DNA of 64,000 bases, taken from positions 608,001 to 672,000 of the forward strand of contig CAWCPV010000003.1 in the NCBI GenBank assembly GCA_963797555.1. The letters are read 5' to 3'. This DNA comes from an uncultured Gammaproteobacteria bacterium (GTDB lineage: Bacteria > Pseudomonadota > Gammaproteobacteria > CAWCPV01). The notes below the pieces were generated by a model that was not told the DNA's origin, made no database searches, and worked only from the letters and a program-made list of their open reading frames with translations. A program made the position numbers and the translations under genes. Shown here piece after piece: positions 1 through 10,750 of this stretch (position 1 is its first letter; each line of letters begins with the position of its first letter).

Positions 1-2586
1 CCACCTCCACGATGTAGGGGCCGGGGGCGATGGGGGTATGAGCGTCATCGCCCATGTCCTCGAACGTGTACGCGCCGTCGAAACGCCCGGGCCGGGTCTG
101 ATCCCACTTGTGGAAGGTCTCGGCGCAGCTCGGGATGGCATACCCGTTGACTATCTCGTTTCCGGGGCCAGTTTCACCCCAGGCGGCGTTGTTCCACTTG
201 CCGACGCAGTCCGTGGGCTGGTGGTCGTCCCAGCTATCGGACGTCGTAGTGAGCGGGAAACCAGCCGCGCCCTCGTCCGGGTCGATCGCCCAGCATTTGC
301 CTTGGGGAGTGGCTCCCGCGTCAATGCCGTCCTGGGTGCAGGCGCTGCAGTTGACGTCGTCGCAATACTGCTGCCCCCGGTGAAGATGGACGGTGACCCT
401 GGGAATTCCCGGCTCCCAGCCGTCGATCGCGCTGACGTGGGGGTCTTCCTCGGTGCGGGTGGTGGCATAGTTGACCTGTCCGCGGATGCCGCCGTTTTGA
501 CAGTCAGTGGCGTCACCCGTGGCGCAGCCGCTCACGTCGTAATCGTGCTGGCCGAAGTCGATCCGAGCCGTCATGTCCTGGAAGAGCTGGAACGCCTCGG
601 TCACCGCGGTGCTCCGCTCTGTCCGATATTGCCTTCCACCGGGACTCGACCCGGCGGGCTGCAGTTGGGGGTTGATCCCCGTTCCCGCGAACGCGCCGCT
701 GGTGGGCAGGTTGCCGCCGTCGTCCACCACCGCGGTGATCCCGGTGGGCTTGAAGCGCGGCAGCCCGACCTCGGCCACCAGGTAACGCCACCAGGTGAAG
801 TACTGGTCGACGGTGTAGCCGCCGTCCGGGCCAGTGGTGGCGTTCGCATACATCGAGCCGTCGCTGAAGCGCAGGTTGACGGGGACGTTGGGGATCCCGA
901 TGCCTTCTGTGCTCTGGCGGTATCCGTCCTGGTTATTGTCCTGGAACACCGTCCCGGTGACGGTGGCGAACCAGCCGTAGACCGATACCGGTCCCATGGC
1001 AATCGTCGGCGTGGACGCGTCGCAGGTGATGGTCCGGAAGTCGATGATGGCGTTGATCGGCTTGTCCCACATGACGAGCTGATAGGTGCCCGCCGGCACC
1101 CCGGCGATGCTGAACTGGCCCGTGTTGGGGTCGGCCGCCGCCGTGTACACCTGCTCGTCGTTTCCGGACAGGTTGTTCAGGCCCACGTAGGCATTGGCCA
1201 CCGGAAGCCCGGGGCTCAGCCCGGGCGAGAGCGGAGGATGAGCGTCGTGGGCGTACACCACCTGCCCGGTGATGTTGCATACCGAGGCACCCAGTGTGGA
1301 CAGCGTATTCACATTGTTATGCACGAAGCCGTAGAACACGAGCCAGTTGAGCTGCCCCAGGGCGATGTTGTAGCGGGGCTCGGTGGCGCGCACCCAGGCG
1401 TCGTTTTGCCGGGTTCCCTCCAGCGTGGCGGTGAGCAGCATGTCGTGACAGTCCGAGTCCGAATTGCAGGGGGTTCCCGAGCCCGGCACCACCGGCTCGA
1501 TGGCGTACTTGTTCTCCGACATGTAGCGGATCACGGCCTCGCCGGCGGCCAGGTCGGTCAGCGTATAGGGATCCTTGCAGTTGGCGTCGTAGTACCCCGT
1601 CGGGTAATCGGAGGGAGCCCCCCCGCAGGTGCGGATGATCCCGTCCCCCAGGTAGTCGACGACCGGCAGACCGTCGGCATCGTATTGGAATATCGGCTGC
1701 TGCTCCGGAGGCAGCGGGTTGCCGCTCGCGTCGGCAGGCACGTTGAGGGCGATGCACGCCGGCTGGGTGCATTCGTAGGCGTATTTGTAAGTCGTCCCGA
1801 GGGGGTAGGTGAACTGGTCCTGCTGCAAAGCGCCGGCCACGTCGCTCACGAGGAGCTGGAAATTCGATAGCCCGTGCTCTGCGGGCTGGTCGTAGGCGCC
1901 GTTGATCGAGTCGTTGTCCTCGAAGACCAGCACCGTGATCTGGGCCAGGGGCTGCGGGAAGGGGTGGACCACCACGGTGGCGGTGGTCTGGCCGGCGGCG
2001 ATGTCGCGCCCGTTCATGCTGGTAGCCGGTCTGCAGGTTCGGGATGGTGCAGTCGGCGACGGTATCGCTGCAGGTGTGCCATGGCAGCACGGACAGGACG
2101 TAATTCTTCGTCGAATCGTAGCCCGGACAATTGCCGGCACCGATGGTCACCGACGCCTCGGCCGTGTCCGTGGTCGCCCCCGCATCCGGGCTGGTGTCGC
2201 CGACGCACACGGTCGGCGCGTGGCTGTGGTGGATGTTGACGGAGAGCGTGTAGCTCGGGTTGACGGCGCCCGGCGTCGAATCGAACGGCGCGTTCGGGCT
2301 CGGGGTGCCCGGGTAATGGTACTGGCACGCCCCCGGCCGGTCCCGCCCAGGGGCCGGTAGCGTCCGGAGCGGTCTTCTTGATCCCGTACGAGTTGTCCAG
2401 CTCGAGCAGCCAGCGGAACCCGTTGGTGATGGGATTACCCGCGTCGTCGTTCACGTTGACGGCGATGTCCGCGGCGGCCGGGCCGGCCATCAGGAGCCCC
2501 AACAGGACGACCAGGGTCGTCCACCAGTGGCTTGCCGCTGTTCCGAGAGATCTGTAAGATGCTTTAGCGCGCATGGGCTCCTCCAT
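1..2586 (-). CDS. Large secreted SdrD-B/Cna-B-like repeat protein, 5' part (runs off window edge; at least two apparent frameshifts near 2330 and 2015)
   Basis: Signal peptide (..LVVLLGLLMAGPAAA-DIAV). Manual minus-strand translation continues through LVFEDNDSINGAYDQP, VPAGTYQLVMWD, GTVFQDNNQDGYRQSTEGIGIPNVPVNL (SdrD-B-like Ca-binding loop) and WEPGIPRVTVHL to position 1. The + ORF 38..1870 is its antisense shadow. Confidence 0.75.
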
Positions 2587-3050
2587 TGGTCGCCGCCGGT
2601 GCCTGCGGAGCGAAAGTCGAGGCGTCGATACGAAACGCCATCGTCATCGAGAAAATCGGTCTTGAGGAAACGTGCATGGGCCACTCCCGCGCCCGGCGCA
2701 GGGCGGCGCTTCTCGACAAAGTCCGCAGGTTCATCCGGATTCCTCCTCCAACTGCATACACCCCGACAAGAAAAGAGGCGCCGGCGGAGACGATCGGAGA
2801 GTGACTCCTCCGTCTCGACCGGTCACGCGTGGCTGTGGAGCTTGCCCAGGTCCTCGACGGCAGCCCCGGCGTCCCCGACAGCTCGGCTGAGCCGAGCCGG
2901 CACGCCGGATCGTTAGAAGACGGACACGAAGCGCTGGCTACCTTCATGAGTCTGCGACTGCTCCTATGGCTCGAAAGCCTAACGTTCCGTTCACGTGGGT
3001 ATACCCACGGTCACGGGTTACTTAAGGTTTGCTTAAGGTCGCTGACTACT

Positions 3051-3067
3051 AGCAAATGCCGGGCCAA
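3051..3067 (-). promoter_or_regulatory. sigma54 (-24/-12) promoter
   Basis: Minus strand reads TTGGCCCGGCATTTGCT: exact GG-N10-GC spacing, close to TGGCAC-N5-TTGCW. It points at the secreted protein gene, and a bEBP is encoded divergently. Confidence 0.75.
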
Positions 3068-3153
3068 TGGCGTGCTCAGCAAAAATAGTGAGATTAACCA
3101 GCGCCTTATGCTGTCATCGCCGGTTGTTGTCGGCGATAGGCCTGGTCCAGAAG

Positions 3154-3168
3154 CTACAATTTTTGTAG
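3154..3168. promoter_or_regulatory. Putative enhancer (UAS) for the NtrC-family regulator
   Basis: Inverted repeat CTACAA-TTT-TTGTAG about 90-100 bp upstream of the -24 element. Confidence 0.5.
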
Positions 3169-3190
3169 GTGGCCCCGATTCGCGTAGCTT

Positions 3191-4918
3191 ATGCCCTGGA
3201 TCTCTCGGCTGAGCCGTTTGCAGCGAAAACTCCTGGCGGTGGTCCTGGCCATGGTGGTGGTGCCGATGCTGGTGGCCGGGGTGCTGTCCGCCTACTGGGT
3301 GTCGCATCGCTTCGAGCGCTCACGAGAGCGCTGGATCCGCACCGCGGCCGAGATCGATGAAGACTCCCTGCAAGCCTCGCGGCGCAATGGGCAGCTGTTC
3401 GCCGAGGTGCTGGCCGACCTGTGGCGACAGGACATGGCGGCGCGGCCCATGGAACGCTTCGCGGTGCCCCCGGAGCTGCGCCCCATGATGGAACAGCTCG
3501 GCATCAGCCTGATCCAGGTCTACACGGTGCAGCGACAGCTCGCCTACTCGTCGCCGCCTGCGCAGATGGTGAGTCCGTGGGCGCCCGGACAGACTCAGGC
3601 CATGCTCAAGCTGAGGTCCGGGCAGCAGGCCCTGCTCGCGACGGTTGCCATCCGGCCGGTGCCGCGCCGCGGGCAGACTCGCTACTACCTGGTCGCCGGC
3701 ACCCTGCTGGATGGAGCCTATCTGGCTCGCCTGAGCCAGCGGAGCGGACTCGATGCCCGCCTGTTCTACCCGGACGGTCCTCAGGAGCAGACGTTTCACG
3801 ACGCCGCCGGAGCGACCGCGATCGAGCTGCCTGCCGAGGCCTTCGAGCGCTTCAAGACAAGGGAGGGCTATTACAGCGAACGCGCGGAGGGCGGTGCCTA
3901 CCGGGGCCTCTACACCCCCCTGCTGGATCCGGCGGGCCGGGTCGAGGCAGTGCTATTCAGCGGCCTGAAACGCCACGGGTCGAACGAGGTCGTCAGTCCC
4001 CTGAAGCTATCACTGGCCATCGTGCTGTTCGGCTTGCTCATCGGAGCGGTGACCCGGCTGGCGCTGACCCGTCTACTGGTAAAACCCATTGAGCGGCTGC
4101 GCAACGGCGTCTTGCAGCTCGCGGCGCAAGACTTCTGCGTGACGCTGCCCGACAGCTCGAACGACGAGCTGGGCGACCTCGCGCGCTCCTTCAACGCCAT
4201 GGCGGCGCGGTTGCGGGAGGCGCGGGACGAAGAGCACCGGCAGTTCCAGATGGACAAGCTCACCGCCTTGGGCGAGCTTTGCTTGGCGCTGGCGCACGAG
4301 ATTCGTAACCCTATTTCGGTCATCAATACCGCCTGCTCGTTGCTCGAAGCCACCCGTCAGGATCCGGACAAGCAGGCCGGTCTGGCCCAGATGGTCCGCG
4401 AGGAGACCGGACGCCTGAACCGGTTGTTGAAGGACTTCCAGCAACTGTCGCCCTCCCGCCGCCCACAGATCTCGACCTTCGACCCGGTGCAGCCCCTCGA
4501 TCGGGCGATTCGCCTGGCGCTCGCGGCCCGCGACGACATTCGCGTGGAACGCCACATCCATCACGGCGGGACCACGGTCAACGCCGATGCGGAGCTCATG
4601 CAGCAGGCATGGAGCAACCTGCTGAGCAACGCCTTGGAGGCTATCGGCGATCGGGCTGGAAGCCTGCGAGTGACGACGCTCGTGGAACGGGGCGAGGTCG
4701 TGGTGGCCCTGGAAGATACCGGACCCGGAATACCGGCGGAGCTGATCCCGCGGCTCTTCGAGCCGTTCTTCACCACCAAGGAGCGAGGGACCGGGCTCGG
4801 TCTCACGCTGGCGCACAGGCTGGTCGAGGCCAACGGGGGCCGCATCGAGCTGCAGGCCGCGCAAGGAAGTGGAGCCAGATTCGCTATGCGTTTTCCGGTT
4901 GACGTGACGGAGGAGTGA
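3191..4918 (+). CDS. Membrane sensor histidine kinase (periplasmic sensor, HAMP, HisKA, HATPase)
   Basis: Two TM segments, HAMP (DELGDLARSFNAM), H-box LAHEIRNP, NLLSNA, DTGPGI, FEPFFTTK, GTGLGL. Confidence 0.95.
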   Translation: MPWISRLSRLQRKLLAVVLAMVVVPMLVAGVLSAYWVSHRFERSRERWIRTAAEIDEDSLQASRRNGQLFAEVLADLWRQDMAARPMERFAVPPELRPMMEQLGISLIQVYTVQRQLAYSSPPAQMVSPWAPGQTQAMLKLRSGQQALLATVAIRPVPRRGQTRYYLVAGTLLDGAYLARLSQRSGLDARLFYPDGPQEQTFHDAAGATAIELPAEAFERFKTREGYYSERAEGGAYRGLYTPLLDPAGRVEAVLFSGLKRHGSNEVVSPLKLSLAIVLFGLLIGAVTRLALTRLLVKPIERLRNGVLQLAAQDFCVTLPDSSNDELGDLARSFNAMAARLREARDEEHRQFQMDKLTALGELCLALAHEIRNPISVINTACSLLEATRQDPDKQAGLAQMVREETGRLNRLLKDFQQLSPSRRPQISTFDPVQPLDRAIRLALAARDDIRVERHIHHGGTTVNADAELMQQAWSNLLSNALEAIGDRAGSLRVTTLVERGEVVVALEDTGPGIPAELIPRLFEPFFTTKERGTGLGLTLAHRLVEANGGRIELQAAQGSGARFAMRFPVDVTEE

Positions 4919-6318
4919 TGGAGCGCACCGTGCTGGCCGTCGATGACGAGCCCAACATGCTGACTGTGATGCGCATGACCCTGGAGGACGCCGGCTACCG
5001 CGTGCTGACCGCAGAACGCGCAGAAGCGGCAGTCCCGTACCTGCGCGACCCTGACCTGGGCGCGGTGCTGTCCGATCTGCAGATGCCCGGCTTGAGCGGC
5101 GAGGACTTTATCGCCCTCTGCCGCAAGGAGCGGCCCGACCTGTCGCTCATCATCATCACCGGTTATGGCTCCATACGCTCGGCGGTCCAGAGCATCCGAG
5201 CCGGCGCAACCGACTACCTGACCAAGCCGTTCGAGCCGGACGAGTTGTTGCTCGTGGTGCACAAGGCATTCAAGCTGCACGAACTGCTCAGCGAGAACCG
5301 CCGGTTGCTGGCGGCGGTATCGGACGCGATGCCGCACAAGCGCCTGATCGGACAAGGCGCCGGGATGCGGAAGCTGCTCGAAGAAGTGCGGCGCGTCGCG
5401 CCGTACAAGACCAACGTCCTGATTACCGGCGAGAGCGGGACGGGCAAGGAGGCCGTAGCGCGCGCCCTTCACGACATCGGGCCGCGCCGCGACCACCCCT
5501 GGGTCGCGGTCAACTGCTCCGCCATTCCCCGCGACCTGATGGAAAGCGAGCTGTTCGGCTACGTCAAGGGCGCCTTCACCGGGGCCACCCAGACCCGCCT
5601 GGGCCGGCTGGAGCAGGCCAACGGCGGCACGTTGTTCCTGGATGAGATCGGCGATCTCGATTTGGCGCTGCAAGGCAAGCTTCTGCGTGTTCTTCAGGAG
5701 CGGGAGTTCTCCCCGGTCGGCAGCGACGCGCTGCGCAGGGTGGACGTGCGTTTCCTCGCCGCGACTAACCGCGACCTGAGAGAGCTGGTGCGTCAGGATC
5801 GCTTCCGGGAAGACCTCTTGTACCGGTTGGATGTGTACAACATTCACGTGCCGCCCCTGCGTGAGCGCATCGAGGATATCCCGCTGCTCGCCGCGGCTTT
5901 CCTGCAGGAGCTATGCGCGGAGATAGACAAGTCCGTAGAGGGCTTTACCGAGCAGGCGCTGGACGTCTTGAGCAGCTACTCCTGGCCGGGAAATGTTCGC
6001 GAGCTGCGAAATACCGTAGAGCGCGCCTTGCTGACGTGCACGGGACGTTCGATCGACCTTCCAGACCTGCCGAGATTGTTGGCTGATCGGGTTGACCGTG
6101 CGAGGACGCTCGGGACGGAGCTGGAGTCGCTCGGGGAGCGCGGGCTGGATGGGTGGCTCGAAGAGAGAGAGCGGCAGGTCATCCTGCAGGCATTGAAGCA
6201 GTCCCGCGGGGTCCAGGTCCAGGCAGCGAAACAGCTCGGCATCTCGGAACGCAGCTTGTGGCATCGCATCAAGAAGCTGAACATCCAGCTCGACCGAGTG
6301 GTGCGCGAGATCTCCTGA
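4918..6318 (+). CDS. sigma54-dependent response regulator (NtrC/AtoC family)
   Basis: REC (AVDDE..SDLQMP..KP), Walker A GESGTGKE, GAFTGA, FLDEIG, C-terminal Fis HTH. TGATG coupling to the kinase gene. Confidence 0.96.
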   Translation: MERTVLAVDDEPNMLTVMRMTLEDAGYRVLTAERAEAAVPYLRDPDLGAVLSDLQMPGLSGEDFIALCRKERPDLSLIIITGYGSIRSAVQSIRAGATDYLTKPFEPDELLLVVHKAFKLHELLSENRRLLAAVSDAMPHKRLIGQGAGMRKLLEEVRRVAPYKTNVLITGESGTGKEAVARALHDIGPRRDHPWVAVNCSAIPRDLMESELFGYVKGAFTGATQTRLGRLEQANGGTLFLDEIGDLDLALQGKLLRVLQEREFSPVGSDALRRVDVRFLAATNRDLRELVRQDRFREDLLYRLDVYNIHVPPLRERIEDIPLLAAAFLQELCAEIDKSVEGFTEQALDVLSSYSWPGNVRELRNTVERALLTCTGRSIDLPDLPRLLADRVDRARTLGTELESLGERGLDGWLEERERQVILQALKQSRGVQVQAAKQLGISERSLWHRIKKLNIQLDRVVREIS

Positions 6319-6498
6319 CCGGCGCAGAAGGCGTCGCAGGGGCGATACGGCATTGTTTTCCAATCTACTCTGCGCTCGCCTTGCGCCGTTACGCCGGAAC
6401 ATTCACAGGCTCTCACCCGACGCGCAAATCCGGCCCCCAATTCCGCAGCATGTCGCCGGAGTCGGCCCGGCGAGCTGGCCCGCGCTCTGCCCTACCGG

Positions 6499-7713
6499 CT
6501 ACCTGGAGCCTCCCCCACCGGCATCGCCCTTGACGAGGGCGGTATCGCCATACAGCGAGAGCCAGCGCAGGACGTCTTCGCGACGCAGCAGCCCGACTAC
6601 TCTCCCGGACTCGACCACGGGGAGTTGGTTGATATCTCGACGGGTCAGCGTCATCAGAGCCTCCGAAGCATCCTCCCGCGGCCCCAGAGCAGCGATGGCG
6701 TCAGCAGGTGTCATGATCTGACGCACTGCAGTGTGCGGCCATGCCTCGCGGCTCACCTTGCGAACATCTCCAAGGCAGACCAGCCCAACGAAGCGTTCGT
6801 GGTCGAGGACGGGAAAGGCGCGTTGATCCGTGCCCATCACGTGCTCGTCCACGAACCTGTCCACTGATGTGTCCGGCTCCACCGTGGAGAAATGCGATTG
6901 CATCAGACGCGATACCGGGACGTTCTCGAGCGACTGCCGCACCAAGAGCTGTTGGTAGCTCACGAGTGCCGCCCGGTTCAAGAACCAGCCGATGAAGGCG
7001 AGCCACAAGCCGCCCACCAGGCCGGTTCCGAACACAGGGACGTGCAACCCCAGCATCATGGCAAGCCCGGTAGCGATGAGAACCCACGCGAATGCCTGCC
7101 CGGCCGACGATGCCCACCGGGTGGCCCGGCGCTGATCCCCTGTCACGCCCCACATGATGGCCCGCAGCACACGCCCTCCATCGAGCGGGAAGCCGGGCAC
7201 GAGATTGAACAGGCCGAGCAAGATATTGACCGGACCGAGCCAAAACAGAAGCGTCGCCACAGGCCCCAGATGCGCGAAGGTCCGTCGAGGCTCCTCGGCA
7301 TCCACGTCGACGGGCCCGACCAGGTGGCTCCCGAGCACGATGAACAAACAGCCCAGGAGCAGGCTCGTCGCCGGTCCGACGATGGCCATCCACAGCTCCG
7401 CGCGCCAAGTTCCCGGCTCGCGCTCGAGCTGCGCCATCCCTCCGAAGATGAACAGGGTGATGCGCCGGATATCCACCCCGCAGGCGCGGCCGACCAGCGC
7501 ATGGGACAGCTCGTGCGCGAGAACCGACCCGAAGAACAGCACGGCGGCGGCGACGGATGTCAGCCATATCACGCCGGGAGACCAGTGCGGATGCCAGGCG
7601 GGGAACAGCCCGGCCCCGAGGCTGAACACGATCAGGAGAAAGATGATGAGCAGGCTCCAGTCCAAGACGATAGCGATGCCTGCGATGCTGCCGACACGTA
7701 TGCCGCTGCGCAT
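6499..7713 (-). CDS. Site-2 protease (M50) with tandem CBS domains
   Basis: HELSH zinc motif, NLVPGFPLDGG, C-terminal CBS pair, GGAGGAG RBS before ATG 7713. Confidence 0.93.
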   Translation of the reverse strand: MRSGIRVGSIAGIAIVLDWSLLIIFLLIVFSLGAGLFPAWHPHWSPGVIWLTSVAAAVLFFGSVLAHELSHALVGRACGVDIRRITLFIFGGMAQLEREPGTWRAELWMAIVGPATSLLLGCLFIVLGSHLVGPVDVDAEEPRRTFAHLGPVATLLFWLGPVNILLGLFNLVPGFPLDGGRVLRAIMWGVTGDQRRATRWASSAGQAFAWVLIATGLAMMLGLHVPVFGTGLVGGLWLAFIGWFLNRAALVSYQQLLVRQSLENVPVSRLMQSHFSTVEPDTSVDRFVDEHVMGTDQRAFPVLDHERFVGLVCLGDVRKVSREAWPHTAVRQIMTPADAIAALGPREDASEALMTLTRRDINQLPVVESGRVVGLLRREDVLRWLSLYGDTALVKGDAGGGGSR

Positions 7714-8398
7714 GCGAGGTTCTCCTCCAATAAAGCGAAGCCGTGCCGGCGCCCGTCCGTTTGAGCCCCTGACGGTCAAAAACCTGCCGGTGGATGCCAC
7801 AGTATCGCATCAGCTCCCCGAACAGAAGGTAACGGAGAATGCTGCTTCCCGCGCTAAGCCCGCTGGCACTGGGAAGTACCCTCACGGCGCAAGGAGGGCC
7901 GAGTGGCTCCGTGTATCGGACCGTGGCCGGGGCCTCTGACGTTGGTGTATCGCATCGGGGCTCTAAGCTCCGACTGCAACTCGCGTTCGGTGCGCCGTTG
8001 GAAGCGAACCGCCGAAGCTGGCTGTCGCCGGGCCGAAACATCCTTGAGCTGGGCCGCCGGCGTCTCGGGTGCACGGCCCGCGGCTCGGAGAGCTACAAGT
8101 TCGCGCTGTGAATGGATGGCTCCGCAGGAACCGCATGATGGACCCATGGACAGCATGCCAGCGGGCGCAGCGGCGCGTCACGTGTGCTCCCGCCTGGCCG
8201 GCCGTGCGCACCACGCCGGTTGCAGCGACTGGCCTGGTCACCCCCGATCGAGGCCACGGGCGACCTGCTTTTGTTTCTCCAGTTGCGCCGGAAGCGATTG
8301 CATCCGTCGCCCACATTGAGCAGAGTAATTCTCGGCGAATGCGCGATCACGGCAGACCGGCGTCTCACTCACGCTGCGAGAGAGGTGCATAGAGATCC

Positions 8399-9160
8399 AT
8401 GAAATACTTCGTCATCGACTCGACCGACGAGCGGCTCCATGCCGATGCCTTCCGCCAGGTCGTCAATGTTGCGGATGATCCGAGAGCGGCGGACGCCGTG
8501 GTCGTGTTCGGCGGCGACGGCGCGATGCTTCACTCCATCCAGCATTACATGGACTATGCCAAGCCCTTCATCGGGATCAACGCGGGCACCCGCGGATACC
8601 TCATGAACAATACCCCGGATGCGGACCACTTCCATCGGCGTCTGCCGGACGTCCGTTTTCAGGAGCTGTGGCTCCTCGAAGGCGTGGCCCTTACGGCCAG
8701 CCAGGAAGTCACGGTGCACGGGTTCAACGACATCTGGGTCGAGCGCAGCTCGCCGCAGACGTTGCGCATGCGGATCACAGTGGATGGCGCCCCGCAGCCC
8801 CCGTTGCTGGTCGGGGACGGCATCCTCTTCTGCACCCCGCAGGGGTCGACCGGCTATAACCTGGCGCTGGGCGGCAAACCGATCTGCCCCAGCGTCACGG
8901 TGATCCAGGTCACCCCAATGGCGTCCGTAATCGAAAAGTCACCCGCCAGCTCGCTCATCCTGTCGGGCGACGCGGTGGTCTCCGTGGACTTCGAGCAGCT
9001 CGAAAAACGCCCTTGCCGGCTGTTCTACGACGGCACCCACCGCTTCCAAGAGCCCGTGCGGCGCCTGACGGTGCGGCGCAGCGAGCGCACCGTGCGGCTG
9101 GGCTTTGTGGAAGAATATTCCTGCCTCAGCAAGGTGCTGCCGTGGCAACTCCACTACTGA
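8399..9160 (+). CDS. nadK: NAD(+) kinase
   Basis: GGDG motif, GINAGTRGYLMN, FND, GDGILFCTPQGSTGYNLALGG. Confidence 0.88.
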   Translation: MKYFVIDSTDERLHADAFRQVVNVADDPRAADAVVVFGGDGAMLHSIQHYMDYAKPFIGINAGTRGYLMNNTPDADHFHRRLPDVRFQELWLLEGVALTASQEVTVHGFNDIWVERSSPQTLRMRITVDGAPQPPLLVGDGILFCTPQGSTGYNLALGGKPICPSVTVIQVTPMASVIEKSPASSLILSGDAVVSVDFEQLEKRPCRLFYDGTHRFQEPVRRLTVRRSERTVRLGFVEEYSCLSKVLPWQLHY

Positions 9161-9349
9161 ATCAGCCCGACGAGCCGGACCGCTGCCGCGCAGGCGACCT
9201 TCGCGTTTCGCGGCACTATCGGTTACACTACGAGAGATTGCATATTGTCCAGGTCATTTCAGAAGTTCCTTCCCGGTAACCTCCTGTAAATTACCCTGTA
9301 TGATTTGCAATTGAACTCGACATCATAGACTTAACCAGAGGTGATTTAC

Positions 9350-9556
9350 ATGGCGACGGGTACCGTCAAGTGGTTCAACGAATCCAAGGGTTACGGCTTC
9401 ATCACCCCCTCCGACGGCAGTGCGGACGTCTTTGTGCACCACTCCGCGATTGTCGGTAGCGGCTTCAAGACCCTGGCCGAGGGTCAAACGGTCAGCTTCG
9501 AGGCCCAGATGGGGCCAAAGGGCCCGCAGGCGACCCGAGTCACGGCCCAGAAGTAA
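9350..9556 (+). CDS. cspA: Cold-shock protein (CspA family)
   Basis: [27 protein letters not shown] (RNP1/RNP2), AT-rich leader. Confidence 0.97.
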   Translation: MATGTVKWFNESKGYGFITPSDGSADVFVHHSAIVGSGFKTLAEGQTVSFEAQMGPKGPQATRVTAQK

Positions 9557-9581
9557 CTCTGGGATCGGTCTGCACCACACG

Positions 9582-9613
9582 GAGAACCCCGCAGCACGCT
9601 GCGGGGTTCTCTT
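9582..9613 (+). terminator. Strong hairpin after csp (possible terminator or processing site)
   Basis: GAGAACCCCGCAGC-AC-GCTGCGGGGTTCTC with only a weak U-tract. Confidence 0.55.
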
Positions 9614-9665
9614 CCCCCTGCGCCGAATGGCGCTGAACCACCTCGACTCAGCGAGGATCCGCGAT

Positions 9666-9932
9666 TTGAAGAAAATGTTTGTCGGCAACTTGCCTCCCAG
9701 CGCCTCCGAAGAGACCGTGCGTGCCCTCTTCGCTCAATTCGGCACGGTTCGTTCGATACGCCTGGCCGCTGATGTGTTCACGGGTCAATGCCGGGGCTTC
9801 GGCTTCATCGAGATGGAAGGGCATGAAGCCAGGGCGGCCGTCGCGGCGCTCGACGGCAAGACTTTTGACGGCAAGTCGCTGCGCGTGCGCTTCGACGACC
9901 CCCGCAATCCCCGCGGGCGCAGACGCCGCTAG
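9666..9932 (+). CDS. RRM-domain RNA-binding protein
   Basis: TTG start, MFVGNL (RNP2), RGFGFIEM (RNP1), Arg-rich tail. Confidence 0.9.
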   Translation: MKKMFVGNLPPSASEETVRALFAQFGTVRSIRLAADVFTGQCRGFGFIEMEGHEARAAVAALDGKTFDGKSLRVRFDDPRNPRGRRRR

Positions 9933-10217
9933 CCACACGGGACCGGGCCGTCAGCGAGTCACGACACCCGCCCCTAGTCGCCCGGACGAGCACCTCTTCG
10001 CCGTACGCGCCCGTTCCGCCATGCCTCGTCGGCGTTTGCCGCAAGTCGCACGCGCGCAGAGCGTGAGCTAAGCCGCGGCGCCTCACGCCGTGGCACCAGT
10101 GCCTTTGGCGGTGGGCATACTACGGCGCCACTGGCGGGGCTGCGAAAGCCCAGCAGTTGGGCCTCAGACCATGGCATGCCGGAATCCTCGCAGGCGGGCT
10201 GTATGGCGGATGCCGTC

Positions 10218-10361
10218 TCAAGTTTCCACCAGCGCATGCAATTCGGCGTTCGTACGGCGCAACCGGATGGCGAGCACGCGCGCCAACGCGGAGAAAACGT
10301 GCAAGCCGAGCCGGGGCTCCGCTTGCGAGCACTCGTCGAAGGCGCGCCGCGAGACTTCATA
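10218..10361 (-). pseudogene. C-terminal remnant of a cyclic-nucleotide-binding-domain protein
   Basis: Manual translation YEVSRRAFDECSQAEPRLGLHVFSALARVLAIRLRRTNAELHALVET* resembles cNMP-domain C-helices; no start found. Confidence 0.45.
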
Positions 10362-10750
10362 ACATCGACCGCCTGCGCCGCTTCGCCATCGGCCTCATCA
10401 AATCCTTTCCTTGTCACCGCCGATCTTTCGATCGCATCTTCGACGGGTCCCCCCTTATCTTGCGCGTTTCGTGTTCGGCAGAGACCCAACATATTGCCCA
10501 CCAAGTCTTCGTCGCCTCTCTTGCAGGCCAGGCGCGGGCACCACCCCCAGTTCCACGCCGAAAGCCGCCGGACAGCGTGTACATGCCCTTCGGGCCTAGG
10601 TTAGAGCTTCCGGCATAGACGCCCATCAGGAATCCGGGGACCGGTTTCGGGATATGCGTGGCGGCGGGGAGCTTCCCCTCCCGCGCCTGGGCAGCGTGGC
10701 CGGACCCTGTGCTATGGTGCGCACCTGTTTGCCTGGGAGGTGGTTCGGCA

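Noticed and set aside
38-1870. 610-aa plus-strand ORF
   Set aside because: Antisense shadow of the real minus-strand secreted protein; no motifs
7800-8398. Several overlapping 70-140 aa ORFs
   Set aside because: No motifs, RBS or consistent codon pattern; typical spurious ORFs in GC-rich DNA
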